Assembly: GCA_037447605.1 (NCBI GenBank) | Contig: CM074809.1 | Span: 2,532,689-2,596,688 of the forward strand | Direction of reading: 5' to 3' | From: Zygnema circumcarinatum SAG 698-1b | Lineage: Eukaryota > Plantae > Zygnematophyceae | Length of the DNA: 64,000 bases | Part shown: piece by piece, positions 37,401 to 50,949 of the stretch | Layout of the letters: the number at the start of each line of letters is the position of its first letter | Position numbering within the stretch: the first letter of the stretch is position 1 | Translations under genes and position numbers: made by a program | The notes under the pieces: generated by a model | What the model was told of the DNA's origin: nothing | What the model saw: the letters and a program-made list of their open reading frames with translations, nothing else | Database searches by the model: none

Positions 37401-37875
37401 ACATCCTGGGGATGTACAACAGCAGCAGCTTGAACGGGGGTATCTGCCCAATGGTGTGCAATATGCCGACCCAACAGTCGTGGAAGGACTCCAGCAGTCC
37501 CATCCCCATCAGGTTCAACCACCCCACATTGCTCACCAGCAGCAGCCTCCCCCGCAGGCTGAAGGTGCCATGCATGGTGCTGGAAACCACCAGTACACAG
37601 GCGCATCCCGGGGACCCATGGGTGGCCGGCTTCAAAACAATCCTGGGCGAGGCTATGGTGGCCGCATGCGTGGGGGGAGGGGAGGAGGCCGAGGGGGGCG
37701 TGTCCCGTTTGATCAGCAGCCAGGGCAAGGCGGGTATGGGCAAGGAGGCTTCCGTGGAGGGCCTCGAGGTGGGAGGGCTCCTCGGGGGGGTGGGAGAGGT
37801 GGCGGCCCTGCAGGCTGGGGAGGAGTACCAACCAATGGAGCAGCGCCTCCACCTGTCAGCGCCGGAGCACAGTAA
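34455..37875 (+). CDS. Caprin-like / plant glycine-rich RNA-binding protein (At1g27090-type) with C-terminal RGG region
   Basis: Exons 34455-35346, 36164-36312, 36768-36881 and 37351-37875 are phase-compatible. Motifs GPVMMMMSKRLRALRKK..INKEQEEMLRSK, LYFGALFDV and HKEAIERCLQHATKWL; tail RGGRGGGRGGR..RGGPRGGRAPRGGGRGG. Confidence 0.88.
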
Positions 37876-38587
37876 CTTTGCAGGCAGTAGGCTGCTGTTA
37901 CTTGGTAGAAGTCTGTCGAAGTGGGGTGAGCCTTGCATTGTATCTTGTGCTGTGCGGCTCGATTCTACAGTTGAGAAGGTACGGGGATTAGAGGAGATAT
38001 GGGTACTGCAGAAGCAGCCGCAGCTGCTGCACTGCGTGCAAGTTAGTTGGGGAGGGGTCCGATGGGATTGTTGCCCGATGTAAAGTTGAGGTTCAAGTTG
38101 ATCAGCGAAGATCTCTGCCAAGAGCATCTCCTGTCCGCAGCACTGAAGTAACGATGCCCAGAGTCATGTGATTTGCTTTGAAAAGCATTCCCGAGTGTTG
38201 TCCGCTGTTTGCCCGTTTTGGCTTTAATGGAGCCATGAAGAGTGTTTTTTGTTTATTGGTCAAGCCACCTCCTATCGCTCTTTAGCCACTTGGAGACCAA
38301 TACATTCCCCTTCTGTAGTAGAAGAACATCATAACTCCAAAAAGTGCATTTTGAAATGGCAGCCCTGCCAACTGCATGGAGAGGTTTTCAAATAACCTAA
38401 TGTAAAAAAAGGTTCCAATTTTTTCCAAATAACTATGGACTCTTCTGACCACGTAATGGAACTTACTATTGTAGGCATTAGATGCTAAAAATTGTATGTG
38501 ACATTTTCCAACTCTGTACAAGTAGAATATAACTACAAGAACTTCCTGATGTGATCTTCACACGCCTGCAATGCGGCCGACGGAGGT

Positions 38588-41352
38588 TCATGATTTCAAA
38601 GTTGAAATGGACAGGCGGCCTCTTGGAAGCCTTTTGGCGATTTGCTGAGACCCCATCCAACATCCCCACAGTCCGTTTGCCAGCAGGACATCCCGCATGC
38701 CCTTACTGGAAAGGTCTCCAGACCTAACTCCATACATAAACTACTCTACAAGAGCTGCAAATAAACATCTAGTCATGATGACAATACGAAGGAAAGGAAA
38801 AAGGAGAGTAGAAAGGATGAGTCTTACGAACTGCCATAGCAAAATGGGACAGACTGAAAATCATTCACGGAAGGAATTTCTGGCTACAGGTCCTCTGACC
38901 GGAACCTAACGAGGATTGGAAACTGACAAGGAAATAGGGCAGATGTGCCTCCCAGAATTCGAAATTTCGATTGGCAATAGTTCTAGCATCACACCGTTTC
39001 AAGCTGTACGACATTATAAATGACTGCACCCCCACGGCTATTGCAGCCAACGAAAAACAAAAAAAAAATCCTCATTTATCTCACCTCAAAGAGCTCGTTA
39101 ACATTTTCTGCTGTTTTGGCTGAAGTCTCTATGAAAAACATTCCATTTGCTTCGGCATATTCTTGCGCCATCTGCATGCGACCCAAAAGATACAATACAC
39201 CGCAGAAAGTAGAGAGTTGACGCAAGGGCCGCTGTGAACAACTCGACAGTGTGCTGCCGCATTCAAGATGAGAGAAAACGAACGATTTAAAGAACAAAAG
39301 GAGCAGAAATAAGCAAGGGTCAAACTAACCTCCTGTGAAACCTCACGGTTCTCTGCCAGATCGGCCTTGTTTCCCACAAGAGCCATCACCATGCCTGCAG
39401 TTCCATGCTTTTGGAGCTCCTGAAAAAGGAAGAAACCATGCGCAATTCATTACTTTTCTGTTCAAAACATTGCAGACACGAAGGACGAAAAGGTATTGCC
39501 GACAAAAGGCGGAGAACAAAAGATTGCGAACACTTTGAAGAAAATGATTGTTTTTGCTTTCGTTCGGAGCATGAATTCAACATATTCCATATCCCATTCT
39601 TTTTGTCAAAAAAATTCCAATAGCCGTGGTTGTGAGGCATAAACCATAACCCTTGAAGCATGTCATGTGTGCCCCGTGTATGTATTTTATCTGTCCCATC
39701 CCCACCCTCCCGGTGAAGCGTGGGATAGTAGCACAACCTTCACCCAGAACTTGGCTCTCTGAAACGTTTCCGTATTGGTGATGTCATACACCACAACGGC
39801 TGCTGCTGCTCCACGGTAGTACAAGGGAGCCAATGACATGTACCTGCACAGCCATCACCCCCTCCTCGTCTCTATCAGCCAGAAAGGAGCTAAAGGACCA
39901 CCTGCCTCTACTTCTCGCTCGTCCCCACTTTACTCCCTCTGTAGACCTGAGCCCTGGCCTGAGCCTAGACCCGGAGCCTGAGTAAAGGTGGTTTGCTGAA
40001 AGCTTTGAGGTAAGCCTTACCTCTCCTGTCCTGCAGTATCCCACATCTCGAACTTCACTGTTGTTGAATCTTCCAGTGCCACTGTTTGCGCTAAGAAGGA
40101 AGCGCCAACTGTCACCTACAGGAACGGGCAGGAGAGAAGTTATAGAAGAGAACTTTCATACAGTAGTGAAAAAAAAATTGCTCAAGAACAAAAGAAAGTG
40201 TGGCGCAATATTAACAAGAACCTTTCGATACGGTACAAGCTTAATAAGCATGTAAAATAGAGGATGATGCATTGATGGCATATCACGAGTCAAAAGAGAA
40301 GACCCTGTTGATAACTACTTTAGTCACGCCCGAACAAATTTTGCGCTGATTGTTTTCTTTTCCTAATGATTTTTTAGGCAATGTCTCTTGCCGCTGAATC
40401 ACATCAAAAGGATCAGCGCATAAACAACTCCCTCTTGCAATTTCGAAATGCTCCCCAGTTTTCGGCTTAAATGGAAGAGAAATTCACCTTAGACGAAGGG
40501 TCGAATTGGCCGCGGACAAACCGTAGCACAATGCAACTCTTGCCCACGCCGGAATCTCCCAAGAGGACCAGCTGCGACATCATTGACCGAAACAAGAACA
40601 TTAGCAGAGCTATTCCTTATGTCGGGCTTACGGACGAAGTCAGTAAACATACCCTTAATCATAAAAAGCATAAGCACTGACTAACACAAAATTTAATGAT
40701 TCAAGTGCCCCCCACATGATAAAAAAACACTTCAATTTTTAAGTTTTAAAAGGTCGTCAAATCCGTTAGTCTTTTAAGGAGTTTCATTTTTAATTGCTAA
40801 GTTTAATTGTTTAAAAATAACGTGACAAAGTAAAAGCCGGCTCTTAAAGACTGCCTTTACATAAGTTACTTTTGCTTACAGCTTTCTGGGATCATTGAAT
40901 TCTCTTTAAAGTGAAGTGAGACATTTAACTGCGTACATCAAACCAATGAATGATCTCCAATACGCTCTCACTCTACATGCGAATTGCAAGAATAGCATCT
41001 GCGGACAAGCAATAGTTGCAGGCGAAACGAAGCGTGCAGAGGAACAGTTGGGGTCACTGCGGCGTTCGTCTTTCTGTTCGCCATACCTTCACTCGAATGT
41101 TCTTGGTGTCTTGACCTGTATTTGGCTCTTTTCCCAGGCCACGTAGATTTGAAGACGTCCCTTTGACTGAAGTAATGCCCGCGTCACATGTCCAGAAAGG
41201 TGAATGTCAGGACGGGAGCAGAACAGGCAGGCCTCTCAGCCTTCCATGCAATGCATCGAAAACATGATCTGAGTAGGGCTGCCCGTGGGGCTGTCTGCAG
41301 CGTGACATTCTGTCCCGTAGAGCGTACCCGGAACACTCGCAGCGCAGCCCAT
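38588..41352 (-). CDS. RABF1: Plant-type Rab5 GTPase RabF1/ARA6 (8 coding exons)
   Basis: Exons 41352-41328, 41166-41087, 40571-40488, 40115-40021, 39843-39738, 39419-39330, 39171-39085, 38644-38588. MGCAAS start (Gly2/Cys3), [26 protein letters not shown]; no C-terminal Cys. Confidence 0.95.
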
Positions 41353-41442
41353 CGAAGCCGCCTACTCCCGCGCTTTCAGGTCTATGCTTAGCAAGGATAC
41401 CAAGGCTCAAGTAAAGGGTCAAGACGGGAGGTGGGGTAAGAA

Positions 41443-41496
41443 TTAGGGTTGAAGTTAGGGCCAGAATTAGGGTTGAAGTTAGGGCTAGAATTAGGG
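41443..41496 (+). repeat. Five TTAGGG motifs at exact 12-bp period (telo-box-like array)
   Basis: TTAGGG at 41443, 41455, 41467, 41479 and 41491, upstream of the RABF1 ATG in a probable 5'-UTR intron. Confidence 0.85.
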
Positions 41497-41705
41497 TTGA
41501 GCTCCGCTGAGAAGTTGCCTTACTAGAGAGGCTGCGCAGGAGGGAGGGCGCGGTCGGGGGGGGCACGTGGCGCTGCCTAGGCCCCCGCCAACCGCTGCGG
41601 CGAGTCCGAAACCGTCGACGGAAGGTTCCATGTGACGCTGTTCGCTTGTTCTCTGCCCTAAAGAACATATGCATGCATGCATGCATGCGTCGGTCCCGGC
41701 TTCGA

Positions 41706-41920
41706 AGCTTGCGCCGGTCGGACCATTGGATTGGTGTCGAACCATTGATTTGCGACCCAGCCAGCCATTGCCAATGGTCGGATACCATTGGATTCAATGG
41801 TTCCCAACCATTGCTCATTGTTCCAACCATTAGCGTCGGACCAAAACCATCGCCAATGGTTGCGAACCATTTGACGTCCAACCATTGCCATCCAATGGTT
41901 GCCGACCCAATGGTCGACTT
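41706..41920. repeat. Degenerate CCATTGG/CCAATGG array (family A relative)
   Basis: Repeated aaccattg / caatggtt units. Shares 29 identical nt with 50996-51024. Confidence 0.75.
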
Positions 41921-42159
41921 GTGAAAGCGTTTTTAGCCGCGCCATGTGACGTGATGCTGCCGCGGAATACGAACGGTTTGAAATGTGGTTCCAAGTTCAA
42001 CAAACCTCCGACCGCTTCGGGGGTGTGCAGCTTCGCCAGCTTGCTCGCTGCCCGCCTTGGCGTCAGCCGCCGGCGAGAGGTCATCGCGAGGGAGAGCAAT
42101 GCCCGTCCTGATGCCGTGAAAGAGAGTGGTGTATTACTGCTATTAGAGAAAGGGAGGTG

Positions 42160-42270
42160 CGGCATTGATCTCACGATGGCGATGGTGCCATCAAATGTAC
42201 ATTGAAAAAATCATGATGGGGAACCAAAAGGAACTGTCGTAAAGGACCCAAAGACAAAAAGAAAATTACC
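42160..42270 (+). mobile_element. Fold-back repeat family B, single arm
   Basis: gcattgatctcacgatggcgatggtgccatcaaatgtacattg..ggggaaccaaaaggaac..aaaggacccaaagacaaaa aligns to 25991-26090. Confidence 0.65.
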
Positions 42271-42958
42271 ACTGGTCCCACGAACGCCATCGAATGTATG
42301 TGCACAGAAGCAATCCAAACCGCTCACAGCGGACCGACCCATGAAGGGACGCATGGAAGGCCATGAGCCGAACTCTGCTTCTAGGCCCAACAATAACGGC
42401 ACCGTTGGCTCTAGTTGCAGCCAGCCGCTAGGGTCGCCCATGTGATGGGGCAACTTCCCTGTGGATGTCGAGGCAGGAGGCACATGCGTCTCAGCGGCCA
42501 TGGCCATGGCCATGGCTATGGATGGGCCCAAACTCCAAAGCGGCCGGCAGAATCAGGGGCGCTCCTTGTGGATAGCGCTGCGGTGTGCGCGCACACTCCA
42601 CGTGGACACGGCCAATCCGAGCGCACCTCTGGGTCTTGGCGCGCGTCAAAATTCTACACGTGTCTGCCTCTGGTTGGCCAGAGCTCCTCAAGCATGTGGC
42701 GTTACCGCCCCATCTGCCCGCCGTACAACGCAGCGGACTTAACGTGGCCCGTGCCCCGCCACGGATGCCGGCCGCTTGGTTTCAAGCGCCACGTCATCAA
42801 TTGTAACGTGTCATTGCCAGCGTGGGGACATTGGCCTCTCCCCATTGGCCACACGGATGCGAGGGGTGCCACGTCAACCGCCACGCGTGCGAGGGAGCAG
42901 GAGAGGCGCGAGGAGAGGGAGCGGGGGAGGGAGACCGTCGTTTGGTCGAAGCCTCGCC

Positions 42959-45254
42959 ATGGCCATGGCGGCAACGCAGCCTCTCCTCTGCGCCTGTGGC
43001 AGCGCTCCTAACCGCGTGGCACGTGTCGCATGTTACAGCCGAGGGGAGCTTCCACGTGGAAATTCAGTCGCACGCCAGGTGGCGGCATTGCAGGGCCCTT
43101 CGGAAGGCTCCACTCAGAGGCTTCGCGCGTTCTCCTGCAAGGAGAGAGTGGCGGAGGCGAGAGAGGAAGGGCCATGGAGCTGCGGGGGAGAGGTAGGTGA
43201 GGACGACGAGAAGAGGGCACCATCCATGGCGGCCTGGCTGGCGGCTCTATGCGTCGCTCTCACAGCAAATGCAGGTGATCTCCCCTTTAATTTTTTCCTT
43301 CCTGTGGACGCAGTCTTCTTTGTAGTTTTGGTGGGAGATGTTAGTTTTGCTTGCTTTCTTCTAATGGATACGGTGCTCAATTCCTGCATGTTGCCAGGTG
43401 TCGCTCCTGCGGAGGCCCGGAGGCTTGAAGGTGTGAACAAGCCGGAGCTTCTTCCGAAAGAGTTTACACCAGTCATAGACGCGGCAGGATTTCTCTCTTC
43501 TGGACAGGTCAGAACAGGGCGGAGAAAGCTAAATCTTGAATTCTACATGTTGAGCACCGGAACAGCTTAAGATTGGCGTTTAATCTGAGGAAAATCTTAA
43601 GGGAGTCAAAGGGCATTCTTTCCTGATTTTTAGTTTCGGCATTTGAGGAAGTTTGTTCTCTACTGACATGGAAGTGTGCCTGTGCTGCTCTGCAAATTGC
43701 TCCTTGCAACATTTGCCTTTATCTGTAGGAGGCGCGGATCAGCCGTGACCTGCTACGTCTCGAGGAGGATACAGGTTTCAAGCTGCGCTTGCTCGCTCAG
43801 AATTACCCGGAGACGCCAGGTGTGTGTGATGCTTCACTATTGTTCGCATTTCTTAACCTTTTGCCAGCAGCGCCGTGGTCTTTATCACAGTCTTGCACTG
43901 CAGGATACAACGAGACCCTTTAAGGTAGATTGTAATGTTGGTTCCTTTCCTGTCTTTTTTCACAATACTTGAAGGGGTTGGGGAATGCAATGCACAACGA
44001 ATTACTGCTTCACATGTTTACTATAGGGAAACTTCGTTTGTGAGGATAACAAGAGCAAAACGAATTTCAGTATAATAGCACGACAGCCTTTCTTCCCTGT
44101 GGGGCTTGTAGTCAAGGCATCCCAGTAAGAAGAGTAACTGCTTACGTAACAAACTAAACTTGCCATATTTAGAGAAACATCTTTTCAAATCTTCTCTCTT
44201 GCTCAATTCTTTCGTAAACTATGAAGCTGTAGTCAACTGCTCCGATGCGCGGACACTCCATGCTGATCACGACCAATTAAACTCGGCGTTCCCGGAAACT
44301 CTTACAGGTCTTGCCATAAAGGACTTTTGGGGAGTTGACGATCAAACGATCGTATTTGTCGCGGATCCGAGTCTTTCGGGTATGACTTTTTTCGTACAAT
44401 TGCTAGAAAAGGCTATGGTTTTAGTAAACAATTCTCTTCGAGTGTTGAAAGCCTAGGGACTGGAGAATCCAATAGTCCCATGTAGTTCAGCTTGTGTCAG
44501 TGAAATGATTTTCTGCTTGTTTTTGTATTCACGTTCTAGCCATTTAATCTGAAAGGCAGATAATGAGAGCAAAACTTTTTGTCGTTTTCACTGCTACATG
44601 CATAGTCTTGAATCTGTACAGGCATGTGCATAGGCTGCATTGCAGTTTCCCCTTTTCTTGTTTAGTTAGTAATGTCAAACATGCAATTCGAAAATGTCCT
44701 CTACGCAGTGCTGATCCTTTCCGATCCCGTATCTCTTGCAGGAAACATAATTAACTTCAATGTAGGTTCTATAGTAGACCTTAGTGTACCTCGAAGTTTT
44801 TGGACTCGTATTGCTGGAAAATATGGAAACATGTTTTACTGGAAAGAAAAGGTAGGGTCCCGACTTGACATTCACCTCCCATTACTTTGCCGCTTTTGGG
44901 CTTCTTTTCCATCTCGCACACGTCATCATTGTCAGCATCAATATTGTTCGGCTGCGCACCCTCGACGCCAAACCCTACTTCTCCCCCACCTTCCTCTCCC
45001 TCCCTCCCTCCCTCCCTCCCTCACCCCTCCCCNNNNNNNNNNCCCTCTCGCCTGTCGCCACTCCCCTCTCCCTTCTCCCCTCACAATTGGTTTGGTTGTT
45101 CCTCTCCGTCTTCGTTATTTTCTTACGCTGTTCTTTGTTTCCATGTGTTCAGGGTGAAGATGTAGCGATTGAAGCAGCAGTAGTGGCCATTGACGCGTGT
45201 CTGAGGGAACCTCCAGGTCCGAGACAATGCGCCGAAATCAAAGGACCGGATTAA
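42959..45254 (+). CDS. Thylakoid lumenal ~15 kDa protein 2-like (TPM-type domain), 6 exons
   Basis: Exons 42959-43274, 43398-43507, 43729-43819, 44308-44379, 44742-44851, 45153-45254. [60 protein letters not shown], CLREP. Bipartite transit peptide ending A-E-A. Confidence 0.9.
45033..45042. other. Assembly gap (10 N) within an intron
   Basis: Run of n inside a C-rich tract. Confidence 1.
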
Positions 45255-45927
45255 AGCTTCTCCAGACGAGCGCCCTCATTTCTCCTTTCTTTAATCTCGT
45301 CTAAACCGTAATGTTTTTCATTTAATAAGAAAAAAAAAGTTTTATACCGCCCGTGTGATGATTCCTACTTCAATGTGCCTTGGGTATGCTCTGACTGACC
45401 TGGTCATGCTCGCATGACTGAAAGTTGGCGAGGCAATGACAAATGGGGTCTTGAAATAGCCAGGAAAGGGCATCTAGTGCATTTCTGTAGGGCGTGTAAG
45501 ACCACTTTTATTGTCGACACCTCCCTTCTGGGGCCTTGCTATACTGTCTAGTCGACTCAGGCACGTGTGGCGGCGTCCAGTTCTCAACGGCGTCCAGGAA
45601 GGTGGTGAAGCCTTTGTGTGAAAGCCGAGTTTTGTAAAGTCGGCATGCCATGTACAGCTGGTCTCCAACCTATTCTTAATGATTCGAATTTACTTTGTAG
45701 CGCTTTGCAGCCAACTACACAAATCCATCGCGTTATGCCTAGATAGCTTGACAGGTCCACATATCGTACCACACACTTATCACGAACATTTGGAAAAAAT
45801 TATATTCCGTTTGCACTTACATTTTACAACACAAATCGGACGCCTTTCAGAGAGAAACAAACGAAACGAATCAATACTGCATCATGCCAAAAAAGCCCTT
45901 CAGATCCCGCGTCTATCAGGCAGTGGC

Positions 45928-48900
45928 TCAATGCATCTGAGGTGAGAGCTTCTCCCCTCCGCGATGCAGGTGAGGCGACAGCTTGTCACTCCCCGCACTC
46001 TCCATCTCGGTGCCGCCTGAGGCGGTGCCTTCCAGGAGGGGCTCACTCTCCCTCTCCCTCTCCTTGGCCACTTCTGACTTTGCATCCGACCTTCTCGATT
46101 TGTTGCCCCCTGCATACGCCTTGTAGTACAGCGAGCCAAACACAAGGACCTGCAAACGGCATGTATTTCATTAGACTACGAGCATTCCGATCACTTTGCC
46201 AATATCATGAGCACCGTGAAATGGTGATGTGCGGGGCCGCCAGTTTTATCAAGCCTTGACAAAAAAAAGAAAAGATAAAAAAAAGATAAAAGATAAAAGA
46301 TAAAAGATTAAAGATTAAAGTTGATAAAATAAGATAAAAGATAAGATAAATAAAATAAAATAAGATAAAAGAGTAATAAGATAAAATCATAAATAAGCTA
46401 AAAGATGTGCAGATGAATAGAGGAATGACAAGACCGCACAGCACTATCTACGGGGGCCCTTCCATAGCATATGGGTGTGGCCCAATATGCATATCGACCT
46501 TCCCGTGCGCAGTGTCTGAGAAAGCAAAGCTTCGAGGATGCTAGAGTCGGGCAAGACGGTGGAAAGTAGACTGGTAAGACCTGCTTAACAAGCAAGTAAA
46601 CAGCCTAGCAAGGTAATCTAAAATTCCAAAAATACGTATGGAGAAGACTGCTCCCCTGAGTGAAGGTTCAGAAAAGCTTACTGTCCCAGCCAGCTGCGCT
46701 ATATTGAGTGGAGGCCCATAAATTAGACTAGAAAGGAGTATACTCAGAAGCTGCATCCACCATGGTCCAATTCAGAGAACAAACAAATGTTACTAATTGC
46801 ACAGAGATTTACGAACGAAACGTAGAAGGAAGGTACCGCAAGACCATAGGCAATGTGCAGAAACCGTCTGGAAGACTGGATGGTGGAAAGCCAGACAGAA
46901 CCTCCTCAGCGGATAGACAATACCTACAACATGCAAGGACCTACAATACGATGAAGTTGGGGCACTAACAAAACAACAAGAGGAGAACTGGGAAAAAGAA
47001 GGGTGGTAACCCAAACGGAGCAGGTGAAGGCGGGAAGCAGAGGCAGCAAGAAGTCGTCGTGTAAAGGAGAATTGTGGAAGCATGAGTGAACGGTATTTCA
47101 GTATTACTGCATTTCAGCCTACTTCAAACAGTAGACCAAACCCACCTGCCTAGTTGTCATTATTGTGGCAAACACAAGGGCCCCAAATGTGCGAATTGTG
47201 TAAGATATAAAGAATTGGCTTGTGGTGGCCGCCTGTGAAATGCGTGGATTCACGAATCAGAATTATATAAAAAACAGCCCAGAACAGCCCAAACCTAAGA
47301 AATCTCTCTACCCTTTTCTCTCTCTCATACACAAACGCTTTCCTCTTCTCTCTAGCTCTTTCTCAAACGCCCTGCCCGCGCCCTCTCTCTCTGGTGTCCT
47401 AAGTCTTCCCCTCTCACGTTTTATGTTTTCAAGCCCCTTGTCGTATAACTGCTTCTGACTGGAGGCATTGTATCTATTGAAGTACCTTTACAGACTGGGA
47501 TCATAGTCACGGCAAGGTTTCTCAAGAGACCAAGCAGCAAAACACTTACAAAAGAGAGCAGCATGATGTCAAAAAGGCATTGGGGATGCCTCAAAACAAA
47601 GTCAATGGCTAATAGCAGGGTGCCTTGGCTCAGTAATCCTGTAAGCCACAAGCAACACATGTAGAACGAGTGTTAGAAAGCACATTACAATACAAGAAAC
47701 CATATGGCTCAAGTACCTTCGTTCCCGCTTCCCTCTAATCTTTACTTCACGCATTTCCTCCACCCACCCAAATCCTCTGCAACTCTTGCATAGTAAGCTG
47801 TTCATCGCATCTATGAAGCCATACATATCTACACCAGATGAGGGCATTCATATAACAGTAGAACGCAACTAAATTAAGACGAAGCAGATACGGAGTACTA
47901 CACAATCGCAAATTACATGCCTCGCACGACACACTAACTCGCTACAAAGTTGCAGCAAGGTCACGCTTCCCATACTGACCAATTAAACTTAGTGCTGAAG
48001 AACAGAGGGTTACGTAGAGGATCTGATTAAAAGTTTCCATGTTGTAGCCCTTGAACAGTTTGTCCTGAAATGTGCTAGTGAAGCCGTCAAACCTGCAATA
48101 CGTGTGTATTGTATTATTAGGACAGCCCCTATGTTGAAGGAAATAACAATAAAGCACATGGTAGAATTAAACAAGGCTCTTCAAGACAAGGTTTAGGAAT
48201 TTAGGTCCATTCGCAGTTAGAAAAAGTTCACAAAGTTATGCTAGTAAGCCGAGCGATATGGATAACGACAAAGCCTTTTTGAGCTTGTCAACGATAAGGG
48301 CCAGATAGTAAGGGTTTATTCAACAAAAAGAATTGACGCAGGCAAAATCTTTCTACCTCAGAGTTGTTGTCATCCCTGTCCCGGTGCCTGAAGCTTGCAA
48401 AATCAGTTCCTAGTAAAGTCTAATTTCGCTCACCCAAGATAGCCGAGCATCAAGCTGACACCCCAGACAGTGCTCTCAACATTTTTTCGCGCTTTACGTG
48501 CTCCCTGAGAATTAAAAGCCACCACAGCCACCGCGACACAAGGTGAACGATGTAAGAGTGTGTTTTTAGGGCTCTGCGCCAAGAGACAATCACTGATCGC
48601 CGGAAAGAAAGTGACAAGCAACTAGGGTACACCCTACCAAAATGACTGTGACTGAACAGGTCCAGACATAGATCAAGCAAAACAGTATGCCAGCTGGCAC
48701 AATGTCCACAAAGAAGCTTGTAGAAGCACGTTTGCTTGCAATCAGGCAACAACATGAAACTTATTTAAACATTGAACAATGGTAATCAAACATTGGACTT
48801 GCCCTGAGCTAACTACTGTCCTTGGAAAACTGGTTCCGTCACTAAAGACAAATTCAGATTACTTGTACTCCAGCACACACTTCCGTTCTTGCAAGTTGCA

Positions 48901-50580
48901 CACATGAATCGTAAACCTCATTCATTTAAGTCAGTCAATCCCAAGAGCGGCCTCTTCCGACTACGATCGATCTGGGCAGAACTACACAATTTAACAAGGC
49001 AATAGAGAGAGCTGGCAGTACTTTTCTGAACCATGATGCTATCATGAAAAATGAGCGACGCCTTTTCCAGACACCTCCGAAAATAAATTCTGTAGCTTAC
49101 CGCTGCCATAAGAAAAACAGCACATCCTCCTGTAACTGTGGAGGCAACGAAGTAATCATTCAGGCCATATCTCTTCTGCATGATGGCCGTTCCCCAAATC
49201 TGATACCCAGATATGTCTGCTCCCAATCAGTGTCAGGGACTTCAAACTGCTATCAAACTCTCCAACCGGTAGTCACATATGATTTCAGCATACTATCAAA
49301 TCACCTCTAGAGTACAAATGACATGGCTTCGGACTTTCTGACAAAAGGAATTGCAAATGGCACAACAGGATGGAAACATCAGGGATAAATAGAGTGCAAC
49401 CGTTTCCTCTTTGTTAAGAAGCAAGCAAGTTGGTGATTTTACCATCACAGGTATCATTTTCGCTGACTTGGCCAACGTTTGAAGGGGAAAGCTGACATAT
49501 TTCAGAGCCTGCAAAGGAACTACACGCTTGTTAGAGGACACTTGCATTGTTTGCAACTTCACAACAACACTTTTTCAAAGTACAGACGAAAAGTTGACAA
49601 CATGAACAACTAAGAATATCAAGGAATGTGTTCACAAAAGAGGTCTCCTACAGTTTGCTCTTTGCTTACACTTACTTTGCTTAGTATTCGATGCAAGGAA
49701 AAAAAGGCAGCAGCAAGTCCGTTTCAAACTCTAGTAAAAAAGACTCCAAAATGCCTACAACGTTTAAGCATTTTAAAGATTAGCTGCGCATTACTGTGCC
49801 TTTAAGATCGATCAGAAAATTCATCTACTCTATCGGTCCAAAAAGGCGAAAAAATAGTGAGAGATAACCTCATACTGGCATGTTGTAGCGACCACGTTCG
49901 ACAGGGAAACACCCGCATACGAATATAGAGGCGCAACAGGAGCCATCGACTTGCGCTGGAACTGCATATCGACCCCTTAGATACACATAAATTTCTGACC
50001 AGAAACGAGGATTATCACTCATAGCTCCACAGCTTGGTCAGCTCCAAGCTGCGTAAAGCCACATTTGAAAACCAGATACAGCTCGGTGCCCTAGACCTCA
50101 TGGGAAATGGCCGGATGTGAGAAATGTACCAGCATAATTCCGATAGCTACTGCGCATGTCAACACCCTATTACACAGCACAATAAACAATGAATGCTTAA
50201 AAAGCTCCTCCTCGGGCCCATATGGAACCTTCATGATTCTCTCCTGGGAAGACATTGCACAACAAAGGAAGTATCAGGAAATGAAAGTCCCTCAAGGAAA
50301 GCAACAGACGCAAAGTGTTTCAAAAAGCATAAACAAGAAGCAGATTGATGTGCAGAGAAACAGCTGCAAAAATCATTCGAGCGCAATGCCAAGTTTAATG
50401 CATGATAAATAATAAGTGTGGTGATTCGGGTTGTGAAAGAAGCTTGCAGTAAGCCCGCCAGCTGTTCACCTGCATGACGCCATATATGATCAGGGTGCTA
50501 ACAACTCCTCCTACGCACCAAACAAGCTTTGCAGCATCCGACTTTACTACTTCACGGCCTGAATCATCTGTAGACTTCAT
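45928..50580 (-). CDS. UTR5: Nucleotide-sugar transporter, UTR5/SLC35B2-like (UAA family)
   Basis: Spliced motifs [105 protein letters not shown]. Start codon uncertain (the frame is also open from ATG 50763). Confidence 0.9.
46262..46404. repeat. Degenerate (AAAGAT)n intronic microsatellite
   Basis: aaagataaaagataaaagataaaagattaaagatt in the last intron of the transporter gene. Confidence 0.9.
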
Positions 50581-50949
50581 GCTGCCAAGAGTGTGTAGTA
50601 GCTGGATCCCAGCTCCAACACGAAGGAAAAGGAGTTTCTTTGCAGAAAAACGGCAGCACGTAGTCAAGTAGCGGCTAAGTTCCCCTACGGACGAAGCAGC
50701 CGCGCACGGCCGCCATGGCCTCCAGGAGGGCAGGGCGAGCCGCGGCGAATGCTCTGCCAGCATCGACCGAGCGGCGGCGGCGACCGTCCGCTCTCCTCTG
50801 CTACATGTAGGTGCAGTGAACTGTGCGCCGTTCCGTGAAAGAAAACTGCACCGCCACCATGTGGCGTGGCCGTACAGGCATGCATGCGTGTATGCATGGT
50901 GGTGTCACGGCCAGGTCGAACCATGCATGGGACTGTGGGCCGACTGCAA

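Noticed and set aside
41443-41496. True interstitial telomere or chromosome fusion scar
   Set aside because: Hexamers are separated by 6-bp spacers rather than contiguous, and there is no inverted junction.
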